This document shows, piece after piece, positions 53,788-64,000 of a DNA stretch of 64,000 nucleotides (the first letter of the stretch is position 1; the number at the start of each line of letters is the position of its first letter). The stretch is taken from the NCBI GenBank assembly GCA_965238005.1, contig OZ250165.1, positions 224,001-288,000 on the forward strand, in the 5' to 3' direction. Under the pieces are notes generated by a model that did no database searches, had not been told where the DNA came from, and was given only the letters and a program-made list of their open reading frames with translations. The DNA comes from Longimicrobiales bacterium (lineage in GTDB: Bacteria; Gemmatimonadota; Gemmatimonadetes; Longimicrobiales; Gaopeijiaceae). The translations under genes were made by a program, and so were the position numbers.

Positions 53788-54423
53788 TCATGCGTCTTTT
53801 TCCATGATCTTCCGGGTCTCCAAGACGGCCGCGAGAACCCCGTCGTCGTCGGACTGTTGGTACATCTTCAGCGACCGAACGTCACCCCAGCCACCCGCCT
53901 TGGCAACATCGACATCCGAGTGACCCTTCCTCTCGGTCGCCCATTTCCTCCTGAACGGATGGAACTCGCCCCTCTCTAATTTCTCCTCACTTAGCTCCCC
54001 GGCTTCGGCTGCGAGCTTTTGTGTTCTACGTAACAGTTTTGCCGCGTAATGTCGGGTCCACGACTTCGGTGTGCCGTTCGATTGGCGTGCCCTGACTGAC
54101 GGGAAGAGCGGGTAGCGACCGACACCTTTCGACATCTTCAGGAGTGCGACCAACGCTTCGCGAACGTCTTCGGAGATCGCCACCCAGGTGTCGCGGTGGC
54201 TCATCTTGTCGAATTCCTGGCGCCGGCAGATCTGGCCGAACGGAGCTTTCGGCGTAGACGTGAGGTCGACGTCTCGGACCTCGATCGAACACGCTGCTGT
54301 GACCCGGAACCCCGTGCCTTCTAGGATGGTGAGGAGTAGAGGAAAGCGACCGGAGAGGTCGGCCTGGGCAGCCCACTTCCTAACGGTCAAGAACCGGTCG
54401 TACGTGATCAAGGGTCGCATTCG
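53788..54423 (-). pseudogene. Tyrosine integrase catalytic domain, 5'-truncated at the IS3 boundary
   Basis: GTGFRV (R), FHPFRRKWAT (HxxR), AGGW, LKMYQQ (Y). Confidence 0.85.
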
Positions 54424-55772
54424 TGTACCGGTTCCGGTTTGCTGGACAAGTCGGCGGCCTAATCAAGCCGCCTTCAGGGTGAGCTCCTGACGGACCTGGG
54501 CCGGGGTCCGATACCCATGCCGCTCTAGGAGCCACCCGCGGTTGTAGCGTTCGATAAACGCGTCGATCTCCTGTCTGGCCTCCTCGAGACTCTTGAAGTC
54601 GTGGAGGTACAAGCACTCCTCCTTCAGCGTCCGCATGAAGCGCTCTGCGACGCCGTTGCACTCCGGCTCTCCCACGTACGAGGCCGTCGAGCGGATCCCG
54701 AGCCAGGCCAGCTCCCCCTGGAACTGATGCGCCGTGTACTGCGGTCCCCAGTCGTGCCGTAGGCCGAGCCCCAGAGCGATCTTGGGCGCGTAGTCGTCCA
54801 TGTGGGTCCGTACGCCCTGGCGGATCGGCTCGAGCGCTGCCCACCGATCGCCCTTCTTCGCCACGTGCCAGCCCACCACGTCCGTGACGCAGTGATCCAC
54901 CGCCACGAAAAACCAGCACCACCCATCCTCCTTCGTGTAGAACCGCGTCGCGTCCGTGCCCCACAGCTCGTTCGGCACGTCCGTCGTGATCCGGCCACTG
55001 TGGCTCCGGTCCCCATGCGGATGCTTCCCGCGTCGTACAGGGGCCAGCAGCCCATTCTCCCGCATCAGCCTGAGCACGCGGTTCTTGCCCACATGGATCC
55101 CCTTCGGCCTCAGGCGCGCCCTCACCTTTCGATGACCCTCGCCCAGGAAGTCGCTCTGCTTCAGCACCTGTCGGATCTCCTCTACCAACTCCTCGTCGCT
55201 CAGCTTCGTCTTCGGTCCTCGTTTCTTCGGCTCTGCCGGCCCCTCGCTCTCTTCTCGATCCCGGGCCGCATAGACCGTCGAGCGCCCCACCCGCCAGGCC
55301 TCGCAGATCATCGTCAGAGGGTAGGGCCGCCCGGTCCCCGGACTCACTCGCGTCCACGCTTCAAGAGCGTCCGTAGCTCGTCCCCGTACCCCCTTTTTTC
55401 CAGGAGCTCTCTCGCAAGCTCCAGTCGCATCGTCAACTCTCCCAGCTTCGCCTGGGTCCGGGTCAGCTCTCGTTCTCCAGGGTCCCGGCCCCGGCGCCTC
55501 AGCCCCTGCTGACCGGTCTCCAGAAACACCCGCCGCCATTCCTCCAACTCCGGTGGTGAGACCTGCACCTCGCGGCTGACCTCCACCAGATCCTCCCCCC
55601 GCAGCAGGCGCAGCACCACCTCCGTCTTATGCTGTGCGCTCCACCGCTCGGGTACCTTCTCACGACCTTCGGTCGCCTTCTTTTCCCTCGGCTTCTGGGC
55701 CATCACGTCCCTTTCTCTCTGGACCCGCTCTCTTTGCCAATCTACTGTCCAGAGAAACAAGGGGGCGCTAAA
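54424..55772 (-). mobile_element. IS3-family element (orfA 55344..55703, orfB ending 54463) with -1 frameshift motif
   Basis: HTH orfA; WGTDAT, HDWGPQY, NGVAERF DDE; AAAAAAG near 55393-55399; imperfect IRs containing CTGGACA. Confidence 0.9.
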
Positions 55773-55805
55773 ACCGAGAGACCGCACGCACCGCTGATTG
55801 TCCAA

Positions 55806-55852
55806 TGAACCGGGCGGGTGTCAAACCCACGACCTACGGATCAAAAGACCGT
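55806..55852 (-). pseudogene. Degenerate 3' half of tRNA-Lys(TTT), att-like remnant
   Basis: ACGGT-CTTTTGA-TCCGT-AGGTC-GTGGG-TTTGACA-CCCGC-CCGGTTCA. Confidence 0.6.
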
Positions 55853-56001
55853 GAGTTCAACACTTTTCGGGATTGTTCGCCCGATTTCTTTTTTCGGGGG
55901 CGGGAAGCCGCGCCTGGTGAGGGAGGCGTCTGCCTCGCCCCCCCGGGGGGAGGGGCCCCAAAGGGGGGGGTGCACGGCAGCGCCGGGTTCCGGGGTCAGA
56001 T

Positions 56002-56029
56002 GCTTTACATAATCGCCATTATGCGTAGC
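56002..56029 (-). other. dif-like XerC/XerD site
   Basis: GCTACGCATAA-TGGCGA-TTATGTAAAGC versus E. coli dif GGTGCGCATAA-TGTATA-TTATGTTAAAT. Confidence 0.7.
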
Positions 56030-56195
56030 CTGGGTTGTGCCGTAAGTTAATGCAGGACAGTCATTTACCGCTCGATGCATATTCGTGAGCTCGTCGCTGC
56101 AGGAGAGATGGCGCTCGAGTATGCACCTCGGTTGTGTAGTTATGAACTGCCGATCTCCGCGCCGTGTCTCACGCGCGCGAGGACTGTCACAGCGA
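56011..56195. repeat. ~185-bp direct repeat, copy 1 (copy 2 about 62136-62320; partial copy about 58541-58590)
   Basis: Shared CCATTATGCG..GCCGTAAGT..TGCAGGAC..GAGCTCGTCGCTGCA..GTGTCTCACG..GACTGTCAC. Confidence 0.85.
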
Positions 56196-56244
56196 GGGCG
56201 CTGCAGGCGACCTCAAATCCTCTCAGGTCAGACACTAACCACAC

Positions 56245-58395
56245 CTACCGGGGACCGGGCGGCAGGTGCGTGAGCAGATACCGTGTTATGTGCATACGCA
56301 AGTGCAGCGATGTGCCTTCGCCTTCGCTGATTCCGTGGTCGCGGTTAGGGTACGTCATATAATCAAACTGCTTCCCCAACTCGATGAGGCGATCAACCAA
56401 TCCCTCGGTGATCTCCAGATGGGTATTGGTCTCTCCCGTGCCATGGATGATCAGGAGGTCTCCCTTGAGGCCCTCGGCAAAATTGATCGGAGCGGATTGG
56501 CGGTATCCCTCGGGGTTCTCCTCGGGCGTCCGCATGAAAATCTCCTGGAAAGATCCATGGTAGAGGTCCGGTTGCGGCTTGGGCGCAACGGCGATCCCTA
56601 CGTGATAAACATCCGGCTTGCGGAACATGGCATTAAGGGTGTTTGAACCACCGCCGCTCCAACCCCATATACCGACCCGGGACATGTCGACGTACGGCCG
56701 GGTACGGCCAAGTTCCTGCACACCTGCCGCCTGCTCCTCGGTGGAGAGTGGGCCAAGGCTAGGGAATATCGCCCGCCGCCATGCGGCCCCCTTCGGCGCA
56801 GGTGTACCACGGCCGTCAATGGACACCACAAGATAGCCTAAATCGGCGATCACGCGATGGTAGTTGATGTTGGTGTGGATGATGTTCCACGAGTCCAACA
56901 CCTTCTGACGGGCCGGCTCACCATATATATACACGAAAAGGGGATATTTTCGGGACGGATCGAAGTCGTGAGGTTTGATCATCCATGCGTCCATCACCAC
57001 GTTGTCGCCGATATCGAGTTGAATAAACTCTGTGGGCCGGGAAACCAATGTCTCCATTTTAGCGCGCAGCTCATTATTGTCTTCCAGAACGCGAACCATC
57101 CGGTGCTCCGGCATCTCCACGAGTTCGGTGACCGGAGGTGTGTCAAAGTTGGAGTAGGTGTGAAACGCCCATCTGTAGTCAGGGGAGAAGTCGTAATCGT
57201 GGAAGCCTGGCCGGTCCGTGGGGGTAATCCGTTCGGTTTCTCCGCTCCCGCTCAGCGGCACGCGATAAAGATACTTCTGGGTAGCGTTGTCAGGGGATGC
57301 ATAATAGTAAATCCAGCCTCCACCTTCATCCACCATGCCATGTTCAATATTTCTACCACGCTCCGTCTGATGGAAGCCCTTACTCAAAATAATATCGACG
57401 CCGCCGGGCGTTAATACCGCTTGCTCCTTTCCATCGCGCGAGTAAACATAGGCTCGGCGCCAGCCATCCTTTTCGCTCAATACGATGAACGCACTGCCAC
57501 CACGGATCCACTTCAGCCCGCCATTCCCTCGGCTGCCCAGAACCCATGCCGAATCGGATTCGTGGTAGATACTGGTGACCTGGCCGGTCTGGGCGTTACC
57601 AATCAGAAAGTCACGTTCATCCCTGCCGCGGCTAAACTTTTCTACCAATACCTCGTCTGAATTCTCAGCCCAACTCACCTGCCCGAGATAATAACCCTCT
57701 GCAGACGCCGGAATGGAGAGCCAGCGCGTGTTGCCTCCCGTAGCATCAACGACGCCAACGCGCAAGGTTGCAATGGTCTCGCCTACCCTGGCATACCGGA
57801 CTGCTCTAACCTCCGGATACGTTGGATCACCCGGGACGAGCGTCGGCCTCAGCCGGACATTGGACTGGTCCCTCTGCACATAAGCAATCCGCTTTCCATC
57901 GGGACTCCAGACCGCGTTACCATTCGAAATCGCGTCAGCGGTCCCGTCCTCCGTAATTTGAATCGTCCGGTTCCTGCGGATATCCCGAACAAACAGGTTC
58001 CCTTGATCGGTGTAAAGGCTGCGCTGGCCGTCGGGGGAAACGCTGCCTCTCATTTCTCTTTGTAGTGACTCCGGCACACTGCGTTCGCCGCTGACGACAT
58101 CATAACGTGCACGTACACGTTCGTTCGTTCCCGAATCAAGCTCCATTACTGTGTAACCAGAACCGTCAGCAAGCCAGGTTGCATTAGAGGTCCTGGCATC
58201 GAACTCATTCCGCTCGAAAATCGCCCGCAGACGTGCTTCGGCTTCAGCCGGGACTACGTCCTGATTATTCGAAGGCTTTTTTTCTACTGTTTCCTGACAA
58301 CCGATTACCAGAAGGGCAAAGGCGAGTACTAACCCAATCCCAATCAGATGCCGGAGTAAAGCTTTTAATGCGTTTAGTGTTAACATGGTAGTCAT
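56245..58395 (-). CDS. S9 family DPP-IV-like peptidase, probable lipoprotein
   Basis: IGC lipobox, YIYGEP, GWSGGG, IHGTGE, YPNRDHGI. Confidence 0.9.
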   Translation of the reverse strand: MTTMLTLNALKALLRHLIGIGLVLAFALLVIGCQETVEKKPSNNQDVVPAEAEARLRAIFERNEFDARTSNATWLADGSGYTVMELDSGTNERVRARYDVVSGERSVPESLQREMRGSVSPDGQRSLYTDQGNLFVRDIRRNRTIQITEDGTADAISNGNAVWSPDGKRIAYVQRDQSNVRLRPTLVPGDPTYPEVRAVRYARVGETIATLRVGVVDATGGNTRWLSIPASAEGYYLGQVSWAENSDEVLVEKFSRGRDERDFLIGNAQTGQVTSIYHESDSAWVLGSRGNGGLKWIRGGSAFIVLSEKDGWRRAYVYSRDGKEQAVLTPGGVDIILSKGFHQTERGRNIEHGMVDEGGGWIYYYASPDNATQKYLYRVPLSGSGETERITPTDRPGFHDYDFSPDYRWAFHTYSNFDTPPVTELVEMPEHRMVRVLEDNNELRAKMETLVSRPTEFIQLDIGDNVVMDAWMIKPHDFDPSRKYPLFVYIYGEPARQKVLDSWNIIHTNINYHRVIADLGYLVVSIDGRGTPAPKGAAWRRAIFPSLGPLSTEEQAAGVQELGRTRPYVDMSRVGIWGWSGGGSNTLNAMFRKPDVYHVGIAVAPKPQPDLYHGSFQEIFMRTPEENPEGYRQSAPINFAEGLKGDLLIIHGTGETNTHLEITEGLVDRLIELGKQFDYMTYPNRDHGISEGEGTSLHLRMHITRYLLTHLPPGPR

Positions 58396-58686
58396 TGGTT
58401 AAAGTATTTTGGTTGCTTAGTTGTTGTTAAAGAATTGATAATCCAATTTAGTCAAGATAGCAGATTATTTCTGGTCCGAAACCAAGGAAAAAATACTGAT
58501 TTTCAAAGGATAGGAGATTCTATCGCGTTCGCGAGGAGCAGTGCCGATCCCCGGGGCGTGTCTCACGTGCGCGAGGACTGTCACGGCGGGGGCGCTGATG
58601 CCACCGCGGACGCGTCTTGAAAGACGCACAGTGATGCCCCTTGATGCCTCCTGATGCCCCCCGATGCCCCGATGCCTTTGTGCCCC

Positions 58687-61600
58687 CTAATGGTTAGACT
58701 GCACGTCCGTCGCAACCCCAACCGACAACTCGTGCAGGCCCACAACGAGCGATCCGGGCCCCTGTATCAACACCGCGGTGTATGGCGCACGTCCCGTCGC
58801 GTGCTCGGCATCGGAGATCCACGCATGCGCCGTAGCCGTCCACTCGGCGCCAAAGGCTCGCTCTTCAGAAACGTCTGTGAGCGCAACCATGCCGTACGAG
58901 GGATTGAACACGACATCCATGTACTCGTACGTCGTGCTTCCACTAGGCACGGCCGGAGCATCGATAAAGACCTTCCAGGTCCCGGCCGCCGGGTTGCGCA
59001 CCATGACGAATTCATCGCCAATACGATCCGCATCGCCACCCCCACTCCTGCACCGTTTCTCTGTGCAATTGTAGACGTAGACATCGATGTCTGCATCTTG
59101 CTGCGACGGCCTTGCCTTGACGATGAGGAACGGTGAACCCTTTGGTACTTCGATTTCGAACACTTGCTGTTCGTTCTGTCGAATCGTCGGACGTTCGTGG
59201 CGCACACTGCCCACAGGCGTGCTCACCGCGTTGCCGGTGAACGACGCCATCCGATTGGCGAGGGTCAGGTAGTAGGTTGCGCTGCCGGGTTGCATGAGAT
59301 CGCCGGCCTCGCCGCCATTCGCTGCGGTCAGCTCGGTGTGCAGCGCGGATACCGTCAGCGTCGCCGACGTCGGCGGCACTGGGTCGTCCTCCTTGGCCTG
59401 CTCCCAGTCCCAGGTGCGCGTGTCGTACGTGTCGGATAACCTGATCTCCCACATCCCCGGCATGGGATCGACAACCACATTTGTCGCGCTCTCCCCGGCG
59501 GCACCCGGACTGGATACGCCGCGCTGCGAACGTGTGTCGGGACGAATCACCGCGAGGCCGACTTGTCGCTCCGGCGCGCTCAGATCGATCTTGAGAGCGG
59601 TCACGCCTTCGTCGACGCGGTAGAAAAAACTCTGCATTCCGGGTCGTGGGACTTTTGTTTCCTTCTTAACGGTGAAGCTGTCCGCAACCGTGAACCGGTC
59701 CGCGGCGACAACGGTTGTGAGCATACGATACGCGTAACCCGGGACACTCGGATGATCGAGCGTGAGCAGCGCAGTGTGCACACCCGCGGTGGCCGGCGCC
59801 ACGCCGATGTTCATCGCCACCGGCGTGTTGAGGGGAAGCATGAGGGACGACGGCGCCGAGTACGTCACGCTGTCGTTGCCCGTCCAGCTCACGTTGAACG
59901 TCATCGAACCCCTTGGTCCGGACGTCCGTGTGAACGTGATCGCGCGCTCATCGCGGTCGCCGACGTTCCACCCGTCGCGCTCGTAGAGTCCCACGCCTTC
60001 GTTCGGCGTCGGCAGCATGTCGCTATAAACCGTACGTACCGATGCGCTGCTGGTGATGGCGATCTCCTCGGTCTCCCTGTCGAGCGCCTTCAGAATCTCC
60101 CAGGCGTATGCCACGTTGATGACGCCGTTGCCCTGCTTATACGCCGGAATGTGCGGCACGTAGCGCGCAGATCTCGTGATCGCGTGCTTGAGACGGAAGG
60201 CGTCGTACTGCACTCCCTCCTGTTTGGCCGCGCTGATCAACAACGCCACCGCGCCCGCGGCCGTGGGCGTCGCGGTCGACGCACCCCCGGCGATGGTGTA
60301 ACCCGGAGGTAGCTGGAAAGTGGCAAACCTCAGACCCTCGAGGTACCCACGGGACGTGCTCACGTAATTCGACGGCGAGATCACGTCGGGCTTGAGCGCG
60401 CCGTTGCCCATCGGGCCGTACCCGCCGGTGATGAGCAGGTTGTCTTGATGCTCGACACGCACGCCGTGATTGGCGAAGAAGTTGTCTTTACTCTCGTGCC
60501 CGCTGACACCGATTGCACCGCGTGCCAGTACCAAATCATCGATGGCGCCGAGTATCGGGTAGTTGTGCGTTGGCACGAGGAGCGGCTTCTTGTACTTGTC
60601 GATGAGCCGAGTGTAGATCACCGTCGGCACGAGGCGTCCGTCGCGCAACAGATAGGAGCGCGTGATGCCGGACCACTGCTCGAGGAACGCGATGTCGATG
60701 ATCGGGTTCTTCAGGGCCTCGATCACCGCCTCGGTCTGTCCGTACGAGGCGCCGCTCTCGGAGATGCTCGCGAGCCGTGCTCCGGGCGCAACGCCGTCGA
60801 AGCGTCCCTTCTCCCCGCGGCTCGCCACCGCCGCGCCGACCACCAACGACCCGTGACCGTCAATACCCATGTTCAACGCAACGCGCTTCTTGTCTCGATC
60901 GATTTGCACACCAAACCCAACCGACTCGCGTACCGGCGTCTCCGGATTGTCGGTTCCAAAGACACCAAACTCTCGGCGGTCGTTGTAATTGGTCAGCCTT
61001 TTCTCATCGGTGAAGCTCAGGTCCTGGTCGGTATCGACCCAGACATCATTCGACCCCTCGTCCCAGATCACACCAAACAACCGACTCGAACCCTCGGGAT
61101 TCTCATCGCGGTTGACGTCCCCATCCAGCCCTCCACGAGCCACCGAATCGAAACTTGCCTCATCGAGGATGGCAATGCGGAACGTGCCGTTGTGGGGTGC
61201 CGTGTATGTCGTGCTGTCGAATTCGAAACTTCCACCGGCGGCAGTCACGGTTTCGTCCATGCGTAACCACCGACCGTCGTTTTGCTCGTCGAGGTCGATA
61301 GCGGTCTGGTACACGACGATCTTGGGCGTCGGCCTCCCGTCGAGCGTCATCGCGACCTGTAACTCAGGAAGTAGCATGTCGGGGTTGTGGTCGATCATCG
61401 CGATCGTCACCCCACGGCCGTCGAACGTTGGATTCTGCTCGAGAAAAGCCTTCGCGCCAATGTCGGCAATCGGACTGTAGCGGTTCCGAAGGGGAAGGTC
61501 CGAGAGCAGTGGCGGCCAGGGTTCTTTCGCGGTCGTGTCCTGAACCACTCTTCGGGTGGTGCCGGAGCGCGTGTCCACCGTCTCCCCGTCTCCGGAGCCA

Positions 61601-61944
61601 CCCCGTCCGAGGTTCTGCGGTTTGGAGATGTCGATGCTATGCAGCGCGGGATCTCCCTCCAGACGCTCCACACTGTCCACCGGAACAAACGCGCGGATGT
61701 AGTCCACGTCGTCGTCCCGATATCGGATGGTGCCGCCGAGGGCGGTGATGATCCGGGCGAGCGTCGCGTTCGCGCCGGGCATGGCAGCCGCCACCACGGT
61801 GACACCGCTGTCGCCACGGGCCCGCGCGGAGGCCACCTCGACGCGGCCGTCCTTAAAGAGGAAAGGGCGGCGGGCCACCTGGGCGGAGAGGCTGGGGGCG
61901 GCGAGGATCGATGAGAGGATGAGGAGTACGGGGGCGCGTTTCAT
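58687..61944 (-). CDS. S8 subtilase, tripeptidyl-peptidase II-like
   Basis: Signal peptide, DGRGVTIAMID, GHGSLV, GVAPGA, KPDV, GASTATP. Confidence 0.85.
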   Translation of the reverse strand: MKRAPVLLILSSILAAPSLSAQVARRPFLFKDGRVEVASARARGDSGVTVVAAAMPGANATLARIITALGGTIRYRDDDVDYIRAFVPVDSVERLEGDPALHSIDISKPQNLGRGGSGDGETVDTRSGTTRRVVQDTTAKEPWPPLLSDLPLRNRYSPIADIGAKAFLEQNPTFDGRGVTIAMIDHNPDMLLPELQVAMTLDGRPTPKIVVYQTAIDLDEQNDGRWLRMDETVTAAGGSFEFDSTTYTAPHNGTFRIAILDEASFDSVARGGLDGDVNRDENPEGSSRLFGVIWDEGSNDVWVDTDQDLSFTDEKRLTNYNDRREFGVFGTDNPETPVRESVGFGVQIDRDKKRVALNMGIDGHGSLVVGAAVASRGEKGRFDGVAPGARLASISESGASYGQTEAVIEALKNPIIDIAFLEQWSGITRSYLLRDGRLVPTVIYTRLIDKYKKPLLVPTHNYPILGAIDDLVLARGAIGVSGHESKDNFFANHGVRVEHQDNLLITGGYGPMGNGALKPDVISPSNYVSTSRGYLEGLRFATFQLPPGYTIAGGASTATPTAAGAVALLISAAKQEGVQYDAFRLKHAITRSARYVPHIPAYKQGNGVINVAYAWEILKALDRETEEIAITSSASVRTVYSDMLPTPNEGVGLYERDGWNVGDRDERAITFTRTSGPRGSMTFNVSWTGNDSVTYSAPSSLMLPLNTPVAMNIGVAPATAGVHTALLTLDHPSVPGYAYRMLTTVVAADRFTVADSFTVKKETKVPRPGMQSFFYRVDEGVTALKIDLSAPERQVGLAVIRPDTRSQRGVSSPGAAGESATNVVVDPMPGMWEIRLSDTYDTRTWDWEQAKEDDPVPPTSATLTVSALHTELTAANGGEAGDLMQPGSATYYLTLANRMASFTGNAVSTPVGSVRHERPTIRQNEQQVFEIEVPKGSPFLIVKARPSQQDADIDVYVYNCTEKRCRSGGGDADRIGDEFVMVRNPAAGTWKVFIDAPAVPSGSTTYEYMDVVFNPSYGMVALTDVSEERAFGAEWTATAHAWISDAEHATGRAPYTAVLIQGPGSLVVGLHELSVGVATDVQSNH

Positions 61945-62126
61945 GGCATACCTCAGGGGTGGGGCGTTGTAGCTAGTGGGTTTTAGAATACGGGTGGATG
62001 CGGGGGATGGCTAGGAACGGCGGGGCACGGGGGCATGGGCGCATGGGCGCATCGAGGGGCATCAGCATCAGGGTACATCAAAGGGGCATTCCTGAATGAT
62101 CAACTTGGGCGATGCCGCTTGATGCC

Positions 62127-62154
62127 TCCTGATGTAATTGCCATTATGCGCAGC
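62127..62154 (-). other. Second dif-like site with degenerate XerD arm
   Basis: GCTGCGCATAA-TGGCAA-TTACATCAGGA. Confidence 0.5.
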
Positions 62155-62489
62155 CTGTGCAGCGCCGTAAGTGGATGCAGGACTGTCATTTACATCTCAG
62201 CGCATATTCATGAGCTCGTCGCTGCATGAGGGATGGCGCTGGAGTATGCAACTCGGCCGTGTAGTTATCGATCTGCCGATCCGGCGAGTGTCTCACGCGT
62301 GCGCGACGACTGTCACCGGCTTGGTCAGCCAACCCCCTCAAGGTTGCGGATGCGATGCTCGATCAGGGGGTCGTCTAGTACCACGCTGATACGTTCTAGG
62401 GCGGGTCACCGTTGGCGGGCGTGGCCCGCCCCTTTGCCACTCGCTATTCTTGCTCCCCTTTGGAGAACCGATGGAATAGCGAGGCGACC

Positions 62490-64000
62490 ATGCGCGCACG
62501 TCCCCTTCTTGAACGCGTCCCCACGCGACAGACCTTGATTGCCCCCGTCACCGTCACCTTGGCCGCGCTCAGCCTCAGCGTGACCCCCGCAACCGCCCAA
62601 ACCTACGACGCCTTGACCCCCCAGGTCCGCGAGTTCGTGAGCGTGGGTGGACCTCTCATCGCGCTCACCCACGTCCAGGTCATCGACGGCACGGGCTCTG
62701 CGCCCGCACAGGATCAGACGGTCCTGATCGCCGACGGCCGCGTTGAAGCCGTGGGTCGAACGGGTGATGTGGCCGTCCCGTCCGGCGCCGAAGTGCACGA
62801 CCTGACCGGGCACACGGTCATCCCCGGCATCGTCGGACTGCACAACCACACGTTCTATCGAGGAGTTCGTGGAACCGCGGGCGAAACGACGGCTCAACTC
62901 GACGTGTCGTCTCCGCGACTCTACCTGGCCAATGGGGTGACCACGATTCGCACTACGGGGAGTATCTCTCCCTACAGCGAGTTGAATGTGAAGCACCAGA
63001 TCGATTCTGGTGAGACGCCTGGCCCCCGGATGTACGTGACGGGCCCCTACTTCGACGGTGAGGGTGCAACGGTGTCGCGCTATCAGCCGGCATCGCCGGA
63101 GGACGCCAAGCGCGTGGTCCGGTATTGGATCGAAGAGGGCGTCACCTGGTTCAAAGCCTACGCGAACATCAAGGGTGAGAACCTCAAGGCCATCATCGAC
63201 GAGGCGCACCGCCTGGGAGCGAAGGTCACGGGCCACCTGTGCTCCGTGACGTTCGGCGAGGCGATGGAGCTCGAGATCGACAACCTGGAGCACGGCTTCC
63301 TCACCGCGAGCGACTTCGAGGCCGATAAGCCACAGGACGTCTGCCCTCCGGGATTCATCCAGCGACTCGCGGACGTCGACGTCGAGGGTCCGGAAGCTCA
63401 GGATCTGATTCAGGATCTGGTCCGGTCGGGCACACCCATCACCTCGACCCTCTCCGCGTACGAATTCAGCTTCGTACCGGGTGGGAGGCCTATCGAAGAT
63501 CGGGTGCTGGAGATGATGCCGACCGAGTTGGCCGAGTGGTACGTCGTTGCCCATCAAGCGCTTATCGAGCGTGAGCGCGAGTTCCGGGCCGACCCCGACG
63601 TCGGTGAGGACGATCCTTGGCCGTTCGCTCAAGTGTTCCGCAACGCGCAGGCCTTCGAGCGTTCGTTCGTCGAGCAGGGTGGACTGCTCGTTGCGGGCAC
63701 CGATCCGTGCTGTCCCGTGCTCCCGGGATTCGGTGATCAGCGCAACTTCGAGCTGCTCTCCTCGTCGGGGTTCTCACCGTCGCAAGTCGTCCAGATCATG
63801 TCGGCGAACGGCGCGCGGGTCCTCGACGGCCAGGACTCGTTCGGCACGGTGACCCCGGGTAAGCGTGCCGACCTCGTGGTCATCGAGGGAGATCTGACGA
63901 GCGATCCGGTGGTGATCCAGAACGTCCGGATCGTCTTCAAGGAAGGCGTGGGATACGATCCCGAGAAGCTGCTGGCGTCGGTGCGGGGGACGGTCGGACT
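62490..64000 (+). CDS. Secreted amidohydrolase-family protein (runs off window)
   Basis: Manual translation: VIDGTG, IPGIVGLHNH, GVTTIRT, FKAY, GHLCS, LEHG, AGTD, GKRADLVV. Confidence 0.9.
   Translation, partial: MRARPLLERVPTRQTLIAPVTVTLAALSLSVTPATAQTYDALTPQVREFVSVGGPLIALTHVQVIDGTGSAPAQDQTVLIADGRVEAVGRTGDVAVPSGAEVHDLTGHTVIPGIVGLHNHTFYRGVRGTAGETTAQLDVSSPRLYLANGVTTIRTTGSISPYSELNVKHQIDSGETPGPRMYVTGPYFDGEGATVSRYQPASPEDAKRVVRYWIEEGVTWFKAYANIKGENLKAIIDEAHRLGAKVTGHLCSVTFGEAMELEIDNLEHGFLTASDFEADKPQDVCPPGFIQRLADVDVEGPEAQDLIQDLVRSGTPITSTLSAYEFSFVPGGRPIEDRVLEMMPTELAEWYVVAHQALIEREREFRADPDVGEDDPWPFAQVFRNAQAFERSFVEQGGLLVAGTDPCCPVLPGFGDQRNFELLSSSGFSPSQVVQIMSANGARVLDGQDSFGTVTPGKRADLVVIEGDLTSDPVVIQNVRIVFKEGVGYDPEKLLASVRGTVG

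Overview
High-GC bacterial chromosomal window; gene content (ADOP-type permease, SecA with long insert) suggests Gemmatimonadota or a relative, which is an inference. 1-11.5 kb is housekeeping: uvrB, relA/spoT, radC, secA, nadD, bamD and TPR proteins. 11.5-33 kb is a nucleotide-sugar locus in which both UDP-glucose dehydrogenase (ugd) and UDP-glucuronate decarboxylase carry inteins. It is interrupted by a ~13 kb mosaic of toxin-antitoxin modules, a segmental duplication and repeated 5' fragments of ugd. 34-44 kb is a polysaccharide-tailoring cluster (SGNH protein, carbamoyltransferase, small protein ending FIYVMY, methyltransferases, deacetylase) with an IS1182 insertion. 44.4-55.9 kb is a tRNA-Ala-anchored defence island: NucS-like nuclease, SIR2 plus PD-(D/E)xK pair, short Argonaute plus DUF4365-APAZ, trypsin-like protease, and an IS3-truncated integrase. 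56-64 kb holds S9 and S8 peptidases between dif-like repeats, then an amidohydrolase. The best candidate for an undescribed system is a carbamoyl relay through a DltX/PatA-like C-terminal tyrosine hexapeptide to an SGNH protein. All family calls come from motif recognition, not database searches.
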